A stretch of 58,597 nt of DNA from Dehalococcoidia bacterium (GCA_009692945.1 SHYD01000001.1:77898-136494); one strand, 5' to 3'. Positions 15,283-25,190 are shown, counted from the stretch's first letter. Program-made: numbers and translations. Notes: generated from the letters alone by a model not told the origin.

Positions 15283-15834
15283 TCACACCATCAGCCGCTG
15301 CGGATTCTCCTCATCCGTTTCCCATTGCGCGGGGTTCCCCTCGATGTACCGCCGAATGCGGTCCAACTCCGGTTCGTCGCGGCTGATGCGCTCGTGGTAA
15401 CCGCGCTGCCACACGGCGGTCCCCGGCGCGTTGCGTGCCGCATTGATGCGCCTCGCCGAGAAGGTTTTCAGGGCGCGTACGATTCCCGGCAGGGCGGGTC
15501 GGGCGTTCGGGGCCAGGGCGGGTTTCAAACCCGCCCCTACGTTCGGCACCGTGTTGACGTCCGTATTCGTGATCACCACGATCCCGTGGATGTGGTTTGG
15601 CATGACCACGAAGGCATCCAATTCGACCTGGGGATAATGCGCCGGCAATCCATCCCAAATTGCTGCGACCATCCGATCGGCAACGCTCAGGAAGATCGAC
15701 TCCTCGACAACTTCACCGAACAGGCACTCCCGGTCCTTGGCCACGATGGTCACGAAATAGGCGCCTGCCTGACGGTAGTCATAATTCCGCAGACGGACTG
15801 AGCGCCGGTGGTGGCGTTCAGGGTCGAATAGCAT
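15283..15834 (-). CDS. REP-associated tyrosine transposase (RAYT, Y1 HUH family)
   Basis: RRSVRLRNYDY..AGAYFVTI, VVMPNHIHGI (HUH), VWQRGYHERI, YIEGNPAQW; flanked by GTAG REPs. Confidence 0.92.
   Translation of the reverse strand: MLFDPERHHRRSVRLRNYDYRQAGAYFVTIVAKDRECLFGEVVEESIFLSVADRMVAAIWDGLPAHYPQVELDAFVVMPNHIHGIVVITNTDVNTVPNVGAGLKPALAPNARPALPGIVRALKTFSARRINAARNAPGTAVWQRGYHERISRDEPELDRIRRYIEGNPAQWETDEENPQRLMV
15515..15540 (-). repeat. GTAG-type REP inside the RAYT coding sequence
   Basis: Reverse complement GTAGGGGCGGGTTTGAAACCCGCCCT, translated in frame as VGAGLKPA. Confidence 0.9.
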
Positions 15835-15889
15835 CAAGCCGCAACCCAACTTCGCCCGTCAGCCCCAGCCCTAGCGGGGCAAGATTGGG

Positions 15890-15915
15890 GTAGGGGCGGG
15901 TTTCAAACCCGCCCT
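15890..15915 (+). repeat. GTAG-type REP upstream of RAYT
   Basis: GTAGGGGCGGGTTTCAAACCCGCCCT, identical to 15244-15269. Confidence 0.9.
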
Positions 15916-15950
15916 GAAACCTCCCCGCCCCGGGTTCTCCTCCTCGTCCC

Positions 15951-18016
15951 TCAATTCTTGTGGATGATGATGCTCCCCTGTGCCAACTGGGTAGCCTCCA
16001 GGCTGTAGCGGTCGCCGCCACCGCCGCAGGAGAATATCTTCAGGCCAAAGGCATCCTGTTTGCTGGCTGAGAATGACCCATCCCAGGCATCGACCTCAAA
16101 CTTGCAGACGGTCCCCCCGTTGATGGTCCCAGAGCCTTGGAATTTGGCACGGGGTTCGCCGGTCACCACCAGCCATTCCATGCTCGTGCTCTTGAAGTTC
16201 AGGTTCCCCGCCTTGAATTGGAACTCCAGGTCGCCGTCAGGGGTGGACCTGCCCGGCAGGTACTTCGAGACGAATCCGAAGGTGGCGGGTCCGGCGAGGG
16301 CATTGGTCAAGTCAGCGTCGGCTGGTGAGTTGACCGCCCCGCCCCCGGTAACGAACCCACCTACGGGGTCATAGACCACCACCGTGATGCATTGGAACCC
16401 GCCTACGTTTCCTGGGGCGTCGGTACCTCGAACGCACACCGTGTGTAATCCAGCTGTGGTCGCCGGAAGACTAGCAGTGACATTCTCCGTCACTTGATCA
16501 AAGGCCCCATCCAACGCGGTCATTGGGGTGAACGGGCCGCCATCAACTTTGTAGCTGGCCGAGGCGATGGTGGAGCCGCCCGTTGTGACATCACTCACGG
16601 TCGCCGTCCGCGTGATGCTCGTACCGATTGCTACCGGGTTGGGACCGGCAGACACTACAGAGACGATTGGGCCAGTGATGTCCGGCGGCGGCACCAGTTC
16701 AAAAGCCCCGATGTCGCACGCGATGCCTTGCGGCCGCGTCACACCCCGCTGGTCCAGGTTGTTCACCGGCGCTGCTCCGCAAATGGCATCAAGGCCCGCG
16801 TCGATGGCGGCACTGCCTGCGAGCAGGCCCATGGTCTGGGTCGGGCCGCCGTTCCTGGCTAAGGGGCCCAACTTGGGGTCGCCCAAGGTGCCGACACAGG
16901 CCGGATCGGTGTTGGGCCAGCGCAGGTTGCCGCCACCGTCGGTGATGGTGGCGGCAACAGTTGCCTCCAGATGGGCTATTAGCCACGGTCGTGTTACGCA
17001 GCATCGTTTTGCTACCGAAGAAGTCGACATTGGCTATGGCACCGCCGCCGAATGTGGCAGAGTTACCGGAAAGGGTGGTGTTGGTGAGGGTCGCCGTTCC
17101 AAGGTTCCGGATGCCGCCGCCATAGAAGGGGGAGGAGTTACCAAAGAGGGTGCTGTTAATGAGCGTCAAGGTGCTGCCTACGTGGTTCCAGATGCCGCCG
17201 CCATGTGTGGCAGAGTTGCCGGAAAGGGTGCTGTTACTGAGGGTCAGCGTTCCGGCCTCGCTAAAGATGCCGCCACCGCCGCCGTTCGTAGAGGAGTTGC
17301 CAGAGACGGTACTGTTGGTGAGCGTCAGCGTGCCGTAGTTGTAGATGCCGCCACCGCCGTAGGCGGCCGAGTTGCCTGAGAGCGTGCCGTTGGTAAAGGT
17401 CAGTGTGCCGTTCTGGTTGAAGATGCCGCCGCCCCAGCCGTTCGCAGAGGAGTTGCCAGAGACGGCACTGTTGGTGAGCACCGCCGTTCCCCAGAAGTTG
17501 AGGATGCCTCCGCCACTACCCTCAGAGTTGCCGGAGAGGGTGCTGTTGCTCAGGGTTAATGCTCCGGCGTTGAAGATACCGCCGCCGTAGGAGGCGCCGG
17601 CGCTCCCGCTGTGGAAGGTCAACCCGGAAATGACCACGGAAGCCCCACTGCTAATGTTGAAAACCCTAGACGCTGAGTTCCCGCTGATCGCCAGGCTGGC
17701 AGCTCCGGGGCCGGTGATCGTCAAGTTCTTGGCAATGGCGAGCTCGCCGCTGGTCAGCGTGATGGTGCCGGTGACGCTGCTACTGAAGTTAATGGTATCG
17801 CCGGATGTTGCGTTTGCAATCGCCGCCCTCAGCGAGCCAGCGCCGTTGTCATTCGTGTTGGTCACCGTCCATGATGTCGCTAGCGCGGGCAGGGCAGGGA
17901 ACAGCGCCGGGACCACCAGCATCGCCAACACGATCAACTTTATGGCTGGGATTTTAAGTGGGCTGTGCGGGGGGGGGCAATAGGCGGGTGAACCATTTCG
18001 ACTTTACGGCAAACAT
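15951..18016 (-). pseudogene. Secreted beta-helix / choice-of-anchor Q-type surface protein with Ig-like C-terminus, two +1 frameshifts
   Basis: VTNTNDNGAGSLRAAI, many GGGI.N.GTLTLTNST.SGNS repeats, DPKLGPLARNGGPTQT, DQRGVTRPQG..CDIGAFE; frame breaks at C9 (17969-17977) and about 16956. Confidence 0.8.
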
Positions 18017-18146
18017 TTGATGAATACCTTTCGTTATCAGGGGGCCTTCAACGCGAAAGGCCGTGCCCTGGTTTCGAGGAGTATAGCAGGTGCTGCACGG
18101 ATGAACTGTGATCTTGATCACACTTATCCACTGATTAGCCCTCCCC

Positions 18147-18926
18147 CTACCTCCGCCCCCGCGCCAAACAGAACACCGAGACCCCCACCGGCAGGTCGAT
18201 CGTCCGCAGCGCCGCCGCCTCAGCCTGGAGCAGCAGGAGAAGCGCACCGTTGACCAGCGGGCTCGCCGGGCGCACGTCGGACTCGGCGGCGGCGGCGTGG
18301 CCCCGCAGCCGCTGCCAGAGGCGGCTCACGGCGGCGACCGGAAACAGCAGGGTGTTGGCGTAGGTCAGCCGCACGATCTCGAACCCGGCGGTCTCCAGCT
18401 TCGACCGCAATTCGCCGGCGGTGTAGCGGTGGCGGGTGTGGACCATGGCGTCGTGCGAGGAGCGGAGCCACTCGAAGGCGGGCAGCCGCAGCAGGAGGAG
18501 GCCGCCGGGCCGCAGCACCCGGTGGAACTCCCACAGCGCGTCCCGGTCGTCGGCGACGTTGAGGTGGTACAGCACGTCGAAGCAGGTGACGAGGTCGAAC
18601 GCGCCGTCCCGGAAGGGGAGGCTGGTCACCGAGGCCTGGGCGATGCGTTTGAGACCACGCCGACGGGAGAGGGCGAGGGCGAGGGGCGAGAAATCAATGC
18701 CGGCGGCACGGCCGAGGCGGCCGAGGCTCAGCAGCATGCCGCCGGCGCCGCACCCGGCGTCGAGCACCGAGAGGCCGGCCCGATCCTCTCGTAGGGGCGG
18801 CCCCCCGTGGCCGCCCTGGCGGGGCAGGTGCGGGGCCAGCAGCGCGAGGCTGATGTCCCGCATCCCGGTGTACCACCAGTGGGTGAGTTCGAGGTCGTAG
18901 ATCGTCTGGTATTCTTCAGCTTCCAC
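18147..18926 (-). CDS. Class I SAM-dependent methyltransferase
   Basis: VLDAGCGAG, LPFRDGAFDLVTCFDVLYH, RVLRPGG; start set at GTG 18926 because the upstream extension runs through a repeat. Confidence 0.88.
   Translation of the reverse strand: MEAEEYQTIYDLELTHWWYTGMRDISLALLAPHLPRQGGHGGPPLREDRAGLSVLDAGCGAGGMLLSLGRLGRAAGIDFSPLALALSRRRGLKRIAQASVTSLPFRDGAFDLVTCFDVLYHLNVADDRDALWEFHRVLRPGGLLLLRLPAFEWLRSSHDAMVHTRHRYTAGELRSKLETAGFEIVRLTYANTLLFPVAAVSRLWQRLRGHAAAAESDVRPASPLVNGALLLLLQAEAAALRTIDLPVGVSVFCLARGRR
18791..18817 (+). repeat. GTAG REP variant inside the methyltransferase gene
   Basis: GTAG+GGGCGGCC-CCCCGT-GGCCGCCC hairpin. Confidence 0.7.
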
Positions 18927-18996
18927 GGCGGGGATCAGGCTCTTGGGGGCGGAGGTGTGCTCGGGCGGCCAACTCCCACCGGATCTGTCGCCCGGA

Positions 18997-19087
18997 CCCC
19001 ACCCCAAAAAATAAATATGCTTGTTGGGGGGCACCCCCAACGCCCCCCGGCAAAGGGCTGCCGCCCTCTGCACACCCGCTCCCAAAG
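18997..19087 (+). repeat. Repeat family A copy
   Basis: CCCCACCCCAAAAAA...GGGGCACCCCCAACGCCCCCCGGCAAAGGGCTGCCGCCCTCTGCACACCCGCTCCC. Confidence 0.8.
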
Positions 19088-19104
19088 CTGCGTACTCTTC
19101 AACC

Positions 19105-20268
19105 TCAACCCCTCGGACTCCCACCGGCCGCTCCACCCGGCGCCTGAATCAACTGGTCGAACTCCCGCAGCGCTGCGATGACCTCATCGGCCTGGTCGTC
19201 GGTGAGCCAGGGGTGGAGCGGGAGCGAGAGGATCTCGACGGCCGCTTGCTCCGCCTGGGGGAAGGAGCCGGGGCCGTGCCCGAGTTCGCGATAGGGCTCC
19301 TGGAGGTGGATGGGGTGAGGGTAATGGACCAGCGAGCCGATGTCCCGCTGCGCCAGGAAGTCCCGCAGCCGGTCCCGCTGAGGGCTGCGGACGACATAGA
19401 GGTGGTAGACGTGGCCCCCGTCCACCGCGGCTTCGGGGGGCCGGACCGATGCCAGTCCGCACAGCGCCTCGGTGTAGCGGGCTGCCAGGGCACGGCGCCG
19501 CGCCGTCCACTCGTCGAGGTGGCGCAACTTCACGCGCAGGATGGCCGCCTGGAGTTCGTCGAGGCGGCTGTTCATGCCCTTCAGCACCGAGCGGTCCCGT
19601 TCGGCCCAGCCGTAGGTCCGCAGCAACCGCAGCCGCTCGGCCAGCGCCGGGTCGTTGGTGGTGACCATACCGCCGTCGCCCACGCCGCCCAGGTTCTTGG
19701 TCGGGTAGAAGCTGAAGCATCCGATGTCGCCCCAGCCGCCCACCCGGCGGCCGTGGTAGGACGCCCCGTGGGCCTGGCAGGCGTCCTCGATGATTCGGAG
19801 CCCATGCCGCCGGGCGATCTCGATCAATGGGGCCATCTCAGCGGACCGCCCGTAGAGATGCACGGGCAGGATGGCCCTGGTGCGAGAGGTGATGGCGGCC
19901 TCGACCAGAGCAAGGTCGATGTTCAGCCCGTGGGGCGCGACATCGACCAACACCGGAGTGGCGCCCGACAGTTCGATGGCGGCGATGGTGGCGACCGCCG
20001 TGTTGGGGACGGTGATCACCTCGTCGCCCGCTCCAATGCCGCAGGCGCGCAGCGCCAGATGCAGCGCATCGGTCCCCGAAGCCACGCCGATCGCGTGGGC
20101 CACGCCGAGATACCCGGCGAACTCCCGCTCGAAGGCCGCCATCTCGGGGCCGAGGATGTACTGACCCCGATCGAGCACCTGAGCGACGGCGGCGTTGATC
20201 TCGGGGGCAAGCGCGGCGTGCTGCTCCCGAAGGTCGAGGAAGGGGATCCGTAGGGGTTCAGCGTTCAT
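19105..20268 (-). CDS. DegT/DnrJ/EryC1/StrS PLP-dependent aminotransferase
   Basis: SGTDALHLAL, PVHLYG, IIEDACQAHG, FSFYPTKNLG, NSRLDELQAA. Confidence 0.95.
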   Translation of the reverse strand: MNAEPLRIPFLDLREQHAALAPEINAAVAQVLDRGQYILGPEMAAFEREFAGYLGVAHAIGVASGTDALHLALRACGIGAGDEVITVPNTAVATIAAIELSGATPVLVDVAPHGLNIDLALVEAAITSRTRAILPVHLYGRSAEMAPLIEIARRHGLRIIEDACQAHGASYHGRRVGGWGDIGCFSFYPTKNLGGVGDGGMVTTNDPALAERLRLLRTYGWAERDRSVLKGMNSRLDELQAAILRVKLRHLDEWTARRRALAARYTEALCGLASVRPPEAAVDGGHVYHLYVVRSPQRDRLRDFLAQRDIGSLVHYPHPIHLQEPYRELGHGPGSFPQAEQAAVEILSLPLHPWLTDDQADEVIAALREFDQLIQAPGGAAGGSPRG

Positions 20269-20307
20269 GGGATGTGTTTTTGCTCAGGGCCGGGGGCATG
20301 AACCCGT

Positions 20308-20409
20308 CCCCCCAACCCCAAAAAAAGAGAGAGGAATTCTTTGTGTGGGGCACCCCCACGCCCCCGGCAGAGGGCTGCTGCCCTCGTGCACTCCCGCTCC
20401 CGAGCCCGA
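20308..20409 (+). repeat. Repeat family A copy (uninterrupted core)
   Basis: CCCCCAACCCCAAAAAAAGAG...GGGGCACCCCCACGCCCCCGGCAGAGGGCTGCTGCCCTCGTGCACTCCCGCTCCCGAGCCCGA. Confidence 0.8.
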
Positions 20410-20422
20410 AAGGCCCAACCCG

Positions 20423-20457
20423 AGGGCGGGTTTGAAACGTTTGAAACCCGCCCCTAC
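20423..20457 (-). repeat. GTAG REP with internal 9-bp duplication
   Basis: AGGGCGG-GTTTGAAAC-GTTTGAAAC-CCGCCCCTAC. Confidence 0.8.
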
Positions 20458-20609
20458 GGCCGGATCTCTCGGGCTGCGGCCAACGTGCGTCCCCGCCCTC
20501 GGGAAGGGCCAATGGCCCGCGCCATCCCAACCTGGGGCGCCGCCCCAGGAATATCGCGGTTGCAGTGCAGGTGGTAGGGCCAGCACCCCATGTCTGGTAT
20601 CGGAGGCTG

Positions 20610-20637
20610 GTAGCGGCACGTTGCAACGTGCCCTTAC
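20610..20637. repeat. GTAG REP-like palindrome
   Basis: GTAGCGGCACGTTGCAACGTGCCCTTAC with perfect core GGCACGTTGCAACGTGCC. Confidence 0.65.
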
Positions 20638-20700
20638 AACGTAGCGTGCTGCCGCGCGCGCCCACCACGGGCGTTGCTTCCCACCCGCCCATGTCGTTGG

Positions 20701-20756
20701 TGTGTGGGGACACCCCACGCCCCGGCAGAAGGGGCTCCGCCCCCTCATGCACTCCT
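20701..20756 (+). repeat. Repeat family A partial copy
   Basis: TGTGTGGGGACACCCCACGCCCGGCAGAAGGGGCTCCGCCCCCTCATGCACTCC. Confidence 0.7.
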
Positions 20757-20807
20757 CCGGTTCGACCGACCGCTCCCCTCGTTCCCAGCGGTAACAGGAC
20801 AGGCCGA

Positions 20808-21812
20808 TCATGCCCGGCTCCAATACTGGTTGCGGTGCTTGCGATAGTAAGCGGTACTCCGGGAGAGCCCGTCCTCCAGCGCGATAGTCGGCCGCCAACC
20901 AAGCGCTGACTCAATCTTCGCGTAGTCTGCGTAGAAATCGCCGATATCGATGCGCCGCCGCTCCTCGGGGAAAGGGACGATCCGGTAGCGGCCGGACCCC
21001 GCTGCCCGCACCAGCGTATCGACCAACTCAATCAGGTTCACTGGTTCGGCGCCGCCGAGGTTGAACACCTCACCGTTGGCGGCATCGCTGGCCCCGGCCA
21101 GCATGAAGGCCTCGATGGCGTCGTCGATATACGTATAGTCCCGGACCTGGCGTCCGTCGAAGATGGTGATCTCCTCATCGTCCAGCGCCTGCCGGACGAA
21201 CCAGCCCAGCGCCGTCTGGCGGCTATGGCGCACCAGCATGCGGGGGCCGTAGGTGCGGGTCATGCGGATGGCGCAGGCCCGCAGGCCGTAGATGTTGTTG
21301 TAGAGGATGTGGTACCCCTCACCCGCCATGGTGTTGATGCCATTGACGTCGATGGGTTTGCGAAGGTGCAGTTCGGTGACCGGGAGCGAAGCGGGGGCGC
21401 CGTAGATCTGGGTGGTGCTGGCATACACCAGTTTCACTGTCGGATTATTGACGCGGCACGCCTCCAATAACGAGAGCTGGGCGCGGCAGTTGATGTCCAG
21501 GTCGGTGTGGGGGTCCCGCATGCTGTCGATGTGGCTGACCTGCCCCGCCAGGTTGAAGATGTAGTCCTGGCCCCGCACCAGATAGTTCATCCCGTGCTGG
21601 TCCCGGATGTCGGCGATGTTCACCCGCACCCGGTCCTGGATGTCGTCGATGTTGAACAGGTTCCCGCCGTAATCGTCGATCAGGGAATCGACCAGCAGCA
21701 CGTGGGCGCCTGCGTCGACCAGCCGGTGGGCGAGGTTGCTGCCCACGAAGCCGAGACCGCCAGTGATGAGAACGTTCTTGCCCGAATAGGCCTCGTCCGC
21801 GGCGGCAGACAT
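20808..21812 (-). CDS. NAD-dependent epimerase/dehydratase
   Basis: VLITGGLGFVGS, FNLAGQVSH, QVRDYTYIDD; ATG 21812 overlaps the upstream stop (TGATG). Confidence 0.92.
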   Translation of the reverse strand: MSAAADEAYSGKNVLITGGLGFVGSNLAHRLVDAGAHVLLVDSLIDDYGGNLFNIDDIQDRVRVNIADIRDQHGMNYLVRGQDYIFNLAGQVSHIDSMRDPHTDLDINCRAQLSLLEACRVNNPTVKLVYASTTQIYGAPASLPVTELHLRKPIDVNGINTMAGEGYHILYNNIYGLRACAIRMTRTYGPRMLVRHSRQTALGWFVRQALDDEEITIFDGRQVRDYTYIDDAIEAFMLAGASDAANGEVFNLGGAEPVNLIELVDTLVRAAGSGRYRIVPFPEERRRIDIGDFYADYAKIESALGWRPTIALEDGLSRSTAYYRKHRNQYWSRA

Positions 21813-22627
21813 CAGGGCTTTTCCGCGGGCGAAGCCGGGGCGGCGCGATGGTCGGCGGTCTCCGAGAGGCCCAGCGAGGGGGCGGCCGAGGCATCCGGCG
21901 CCCGTCCCAGCTTCTTCAGGGCCACCAGGTCCCACCACAGTTCCAGCAGCGCCCGCAGCGTGCGGTGGATGCGGGGAACGTTGAAAAACTGCGAGCCACC
22001 ATAGGCGCGGTGGTAATGGTGAACCGGTACCTCGGCGATGGTGAACCCACCGTCCTGGACCTTTTTCATCAACTCGACGCAGATTACACCGGTGCGAGAC
22101 TTGAGAACGACCCGATCGAACACTTCCCGGCGCATCAGCCGGAAGTCGCAATCGACATCGCGCAGCCGGAGCCCGAATAACGTCTTGACACCCCAGTGGT
22201 ACGCCCTGCCGATGACGACCCGATACAGGGGATCGGACCGGCCCATCTTGTAGCCGTTCACCATGTCCACACCCGGCCGCAGTTCCGAGTAAAGCACCGC
22301 CAGCTCACGGGGGTCATACTGCGCGTCGCCGTCGGTGTAAAAAATGAGGCTCTTGGTGCAACTGGCGAACCCGACCCGGAGCGCTCCGCCATACCCCAGG
22401 GGATGAGGATAGTCAAGCACTCGCAGGGTGTCGGGGTACAGGAGTTTCAACTCGTCCAGCACCTGGGCGGTGAAATCGGTGCTGCCGTTGTGAACCACGA
22501 TGACCTCGTAGTCATCGGTGAGCGCCCGCAGCGTCTGCATGGCGTTGATGACCATGCTGGCGATGGTGCCGCCATCGTTATAGGCGGGGAAAAAAACCGA
22601 GATGCTGGCGGGCGCGCCGGACGTCAT
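21812..22627 (-). CDS. GT2 glycosyltransferase (DPM1/ArnC-like)
   Basis: SVFFPAYND, GSTD, YTDGDAQYDP, RDVDCDFRLMRR. Confidence 0.92.
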   Translation of the reverse strand: MTSGAPASISVFFPAYNDGGTIASMVINAMQTLRALTDDYEVIVVHNGSTDFTAQVLDELKLLYPDTLRVLDYPHPLGYGGALRVGFASCTKSLIFYTDGDAQYDPRELAVLYSELRPGVDMVNGYKMGRSDPLYRVVIGRAYHWGVKTLFGLRLRDVDCDFRLMRREVFDRVVLKSRTGVICVELMKKVQDGGFTIAEVPVHHYHRAYGGSQFFNVPRIHRTLRALLELWWDLVALKKLGRAPDASAAPSLGLSETADHRAAPASPAEKP

Positions 22628-22645
22628 CGCATTCCTCGTTACCGC

Positions 22646-23017
22646 CTACTGCGCGCTCTGGTACACCAGGCTGATGCCGCCCATGATCACCACCACCCCG
22701 GCCACTCTGGTCCAGGTGAGCTGTTCATTGAACAACAGCGCCGAGGCCAGGACGATGATGATGTAACCGGTGCTGAGCAGGGGATATGCCACGCTCAAAT
22801 GGATGCGGGAGATGACCGAAAGCCAGAACACCGAAGCCGAGAATATGAAGAAAAAACCAACCATCACGAAAGGATTAGTGAAAACCGTGAAAAGCGACCG
22901 GACCAGTGTCTCGGGCGCCAATTCCAGCACCCCGTGCTGGCTCATCCCGTGCTTCAGGAACAGTTCACCGGTGACCGTGAGCAACACGGCGATGATCAGG
23001 AGGATGTAGGGGAGCAA
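22646..23017 (-). CDS. SMR/EamA small membrane protein (ArnE/F-like)
   Basis: Four hydrophobic helices, LSVAYPLLSTGYI, LFNEQLT. Confidence 0.8.
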   Translation of the reverse strand: MLPYILLIIAVLLTVTGELFLKHGMSQHGVLELAPETLVRSLFTVFTNPFVMVGFFFIFSASVFWLSVISRIHLSVAYPLLSTGYIIIVLASALLFNEQLTWTRVAGVVVIMGGISLVYQSAQ

Positions 23018-23105
23018 GGGGTAGTCGCTGGAACCTTTGGCCCTGAGTGCGGCTTTCTTGCAGTGTAGCCAGCGGGCTGACCACCGTCAAGGAATCATTC
23101 CTGTT

Positions 23106-24059
23106 TCATTCCTGTTGAAACACGCCGCTCTTGCCGCCCGCCTTATAGGTCACCCGCAACCCTCCGATCTGCATGCTGCGGTCCACCGCCTTGCACATGT
23201 CATAGATGGTGAGGGCCGCCATCGACGCAGCCGTCAGCGCCTCCATCTCCACCCCGGTCTTGCCGATGGTACGGACCGTCGCCCGGATCTCGACGCAGGA
23301 CCGCGCCACGTCGGGGGTGAACTCCAGTTGCACGTTGCTGAGCGGCAGGGGGTGGCACATCGGAATGAGGTCGCTGGTCTTTTTGGCGCCCATAATCCCT
23401 GCGATCTGGGCCACCGTGAATACGTCACCCTTCTCGATCCCACCCTGCTGGATCAGCCGCAACGTTTCGGGCTGCATGTGGATGGTGGCCCTGGCCTCGG
23501 CATCCCGCGCCGTATCCGCCTTGCCCGAGACGTCCACCATGCGGGCGTTGCCGTGTTCGTCGAGGTGGCTCAGCTGAAGTTGCGGCCCGGCAGGTTTTGA
23601 AACGGGGTCCGGGTTAGCGGCGGCAGCCGGTCCCTCGGAAAAAAACCCGCTGCGCTCACCCCACGCGGGGTCCAGCGAGGCGGCGCGGGCCAGGCGGTCG
23701 GCCTCCTCGTTCCAGTGGTCGCCATCGTGTCCCCGCACCCACTCCCACCGCACCCGGCGTCCGGTCACGGCTCGGTCCAGCGTCTCCCACAGGTCCTGGT
23801 TCACCTTGCGCTGCCAGCCCTTGGTCATGGTGTTCACCAGGTACTGGCTGTCGGAGTAGAGCACGACGTTGCTGCCTGGTTCGGTCTGACCCAAGCCTCT
23901 TATCGCCGCCAGCAGTTCCATGCGGTTGTTGGTGGTGCGATCCTCCCGGCCGGCGTGCCAGGCGGTCACCTCGCCGCTGGCGACCACCGCCGCCCACCCA
24001 CCCGGGCCGGGGTTGCCGGAGCAGGCGCCGTCGGTATAGATCGTCGCATTGTTGGCCAT
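23106..24059 (-). CDS. moaC: Ribonuclease HI - MoaC (cPMP synthase) fusion
   Basis: N-terminal IYTDGACSGNPGPGG, TTNNRMEL, DSQY, WVRGHDG..NEEAD; C-terminal LSHLDEHGNARMVDV, LIPMCHP, TGVEMEAL, YDMCKAVD; one open frame. Confidence 0.92.
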   Translation of the reverse strand: MANNATIYTDGACSGNPGPGGWAAVVASGEVTAWHAGREDRTTNNRMELLAAIRGLGQTEPGSNVVLYSDSQYLVNTMTKGWQRKVNQDLWETLDRAVTGRRVRWEWVRGHDGDHWNEEADRLARAASLDPAWGERSGFFSEGPAAAANPDPVSKPAGPQLQLSHLDEHGNARMVDVSGKADTARDAEARATIHMQPETLRLIQQGGIEKGDVFTVAQIAGIMGAKKTSDLIPMCHPLPLSNVQLEFTPDVARSCVEIRATVRTIGKTGVEMEALTAASMAALTIYDMCKAVDRSMQIGGLRVTYKAGGKSGVFQQE

Positions 24060-24067
24060 CCTGCGGG

Positions 24068-25078
24068 TCACCCTCCGATGTAGGACATCTCGACCTTGCG
24101 GTCGGGCGCGGTCGCCTCGGAACGCAGTTCTGAATAGCGGTCGCGCCGATCACCCCACAGCCCGACCAATACTGCACGCAGTTCATCGTCGGAGGCGCCG
24201 CTACGGAGCGGCCCTCGCAGATCGGTCCCGGTGGTGGCAAATAGGCAGGTGTAGAGCGACCCGTCAGCCGAAAGCCGGGCGCGGGTGCAGGAGCCGCAGA
24301 ACGGCTGGGTGACCGATGTGATGACGCCGGTCTCGCCCGATCCGTCGCGATAGCGGAACCGCCGGGCCACCTCGCCCGGATACCGCGAAGGAATGGGTTC
24401 CAGCGGCATCTCGGCGTCGATCATGGCCGCGATGGCCTCTCCCGATACGACGTCGTCCATCCGCCAGCCATTGGTGGCGCCGACATCCATGAACTCGATG
24501 AACCGCAGGATGTGCCCGCGGTCCCTGAAATAGCGGGCCATAGGCACGATATCGGCGTCGTTGAGGCCCCGTTTCACCACCATGTTCACCTTGATGGGGT
24601 GGAGGCCCGCGGCCTCGGCAGCAGTGATGCCGTCCAACACGCCCTGGACCGGGAAATCGACGTCGTTCATCGCCTTAAAGACATCGTCCCGCAACGAGTC
24701 CAGACTCACCGTGATCCGCTGCAACCCGGCATCTTTGAGGGGCTGCGCCTTGCGCGGCAGCAGCGCGCCGTTGGTCGTAAGCGTCAGGTCCTTAACCCCG
24801 GGCACGCCTGCCAGCATGCCGATCAGCTTCTCGATGTCCCGGCGGACCAGCGGCTCACCGCCGGTGATCCTCAGCTTCTCCACACCGAGTCCGACGAACA
24901 CCGCCGCCAGCCGGACGATTTCCTCGAACTTGAGCACGGCGCCGTGGGGGAGGAACTCGAAGTCGCGCCCGAACACCTCTTTGGGCATGCAGTAGGTGCA
25001 CCGGAAATTGCACCGGTCGGTCACCGAGATCCGGAGGTCGTGGAGCGGGCGCTGGAATTGGTCGGTAGGTTTGTTCAC
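24068..25078 (-). CDS. moaA: GTP 3',8-cyclase MoaA (radical SAM)
   Basis: [37 protein letters not shown]-terminal MSYIGG. Confidence 0.97.
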   Translation of the reverse strand: MNKPTDQFQRPLHDLRISVTDRCNFRCTYCMPKEVFGRDFEFLPHGAVLKFEEIVRLAAVFVGLGVEKLRITGGEPLVRRDIEKLIGMLAGVPGVKDLTLTTNGALLPRKAQPLKDAGLQRITVSLDSLRDDVFKAMNDVDFPVQGVLDGITAAEAAGLHPIKVNMVVKRGLNDADIVPMARYFRDRGHILRFIEFMDVGATNGWRMDDVVSGEAIAAMIDAEMPLEPIPSRYPGEVARRFRYRDGSGETGVITSVTQPFCGSCTRARLSADGSLYTCLFATTGTDLRGPLRSGASDDELRAVLVGLWGDRRDRYSELRSEATAPDRKVEMSYIGG

Positions 25079-25146
25079 TGGTAAGCGTCCCTTGGGGGAA
25101 ACGAAGGACTACCACCAGTGTAGCCTACCCGAGGATCAAGGGTCGA

Positions 25147-25178
25147 TACGTACAGGCGAACGTACGTACAGGCGAACG
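25147..25178 (+). repeat. Perfect 16-bp tandem duplication
   Basis: TACGTACAGGCGAACG twice, between rdgB and moaA. Confidence 0.85.
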
Positions 25179-25190
25179 CCGCTGGCCACA

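Noticed and set aside
25079-25190. Molybdenum cofactor riboswitch before moaA
   Set aside because: The gap is short and I could not find the conserved multi-stem pattern
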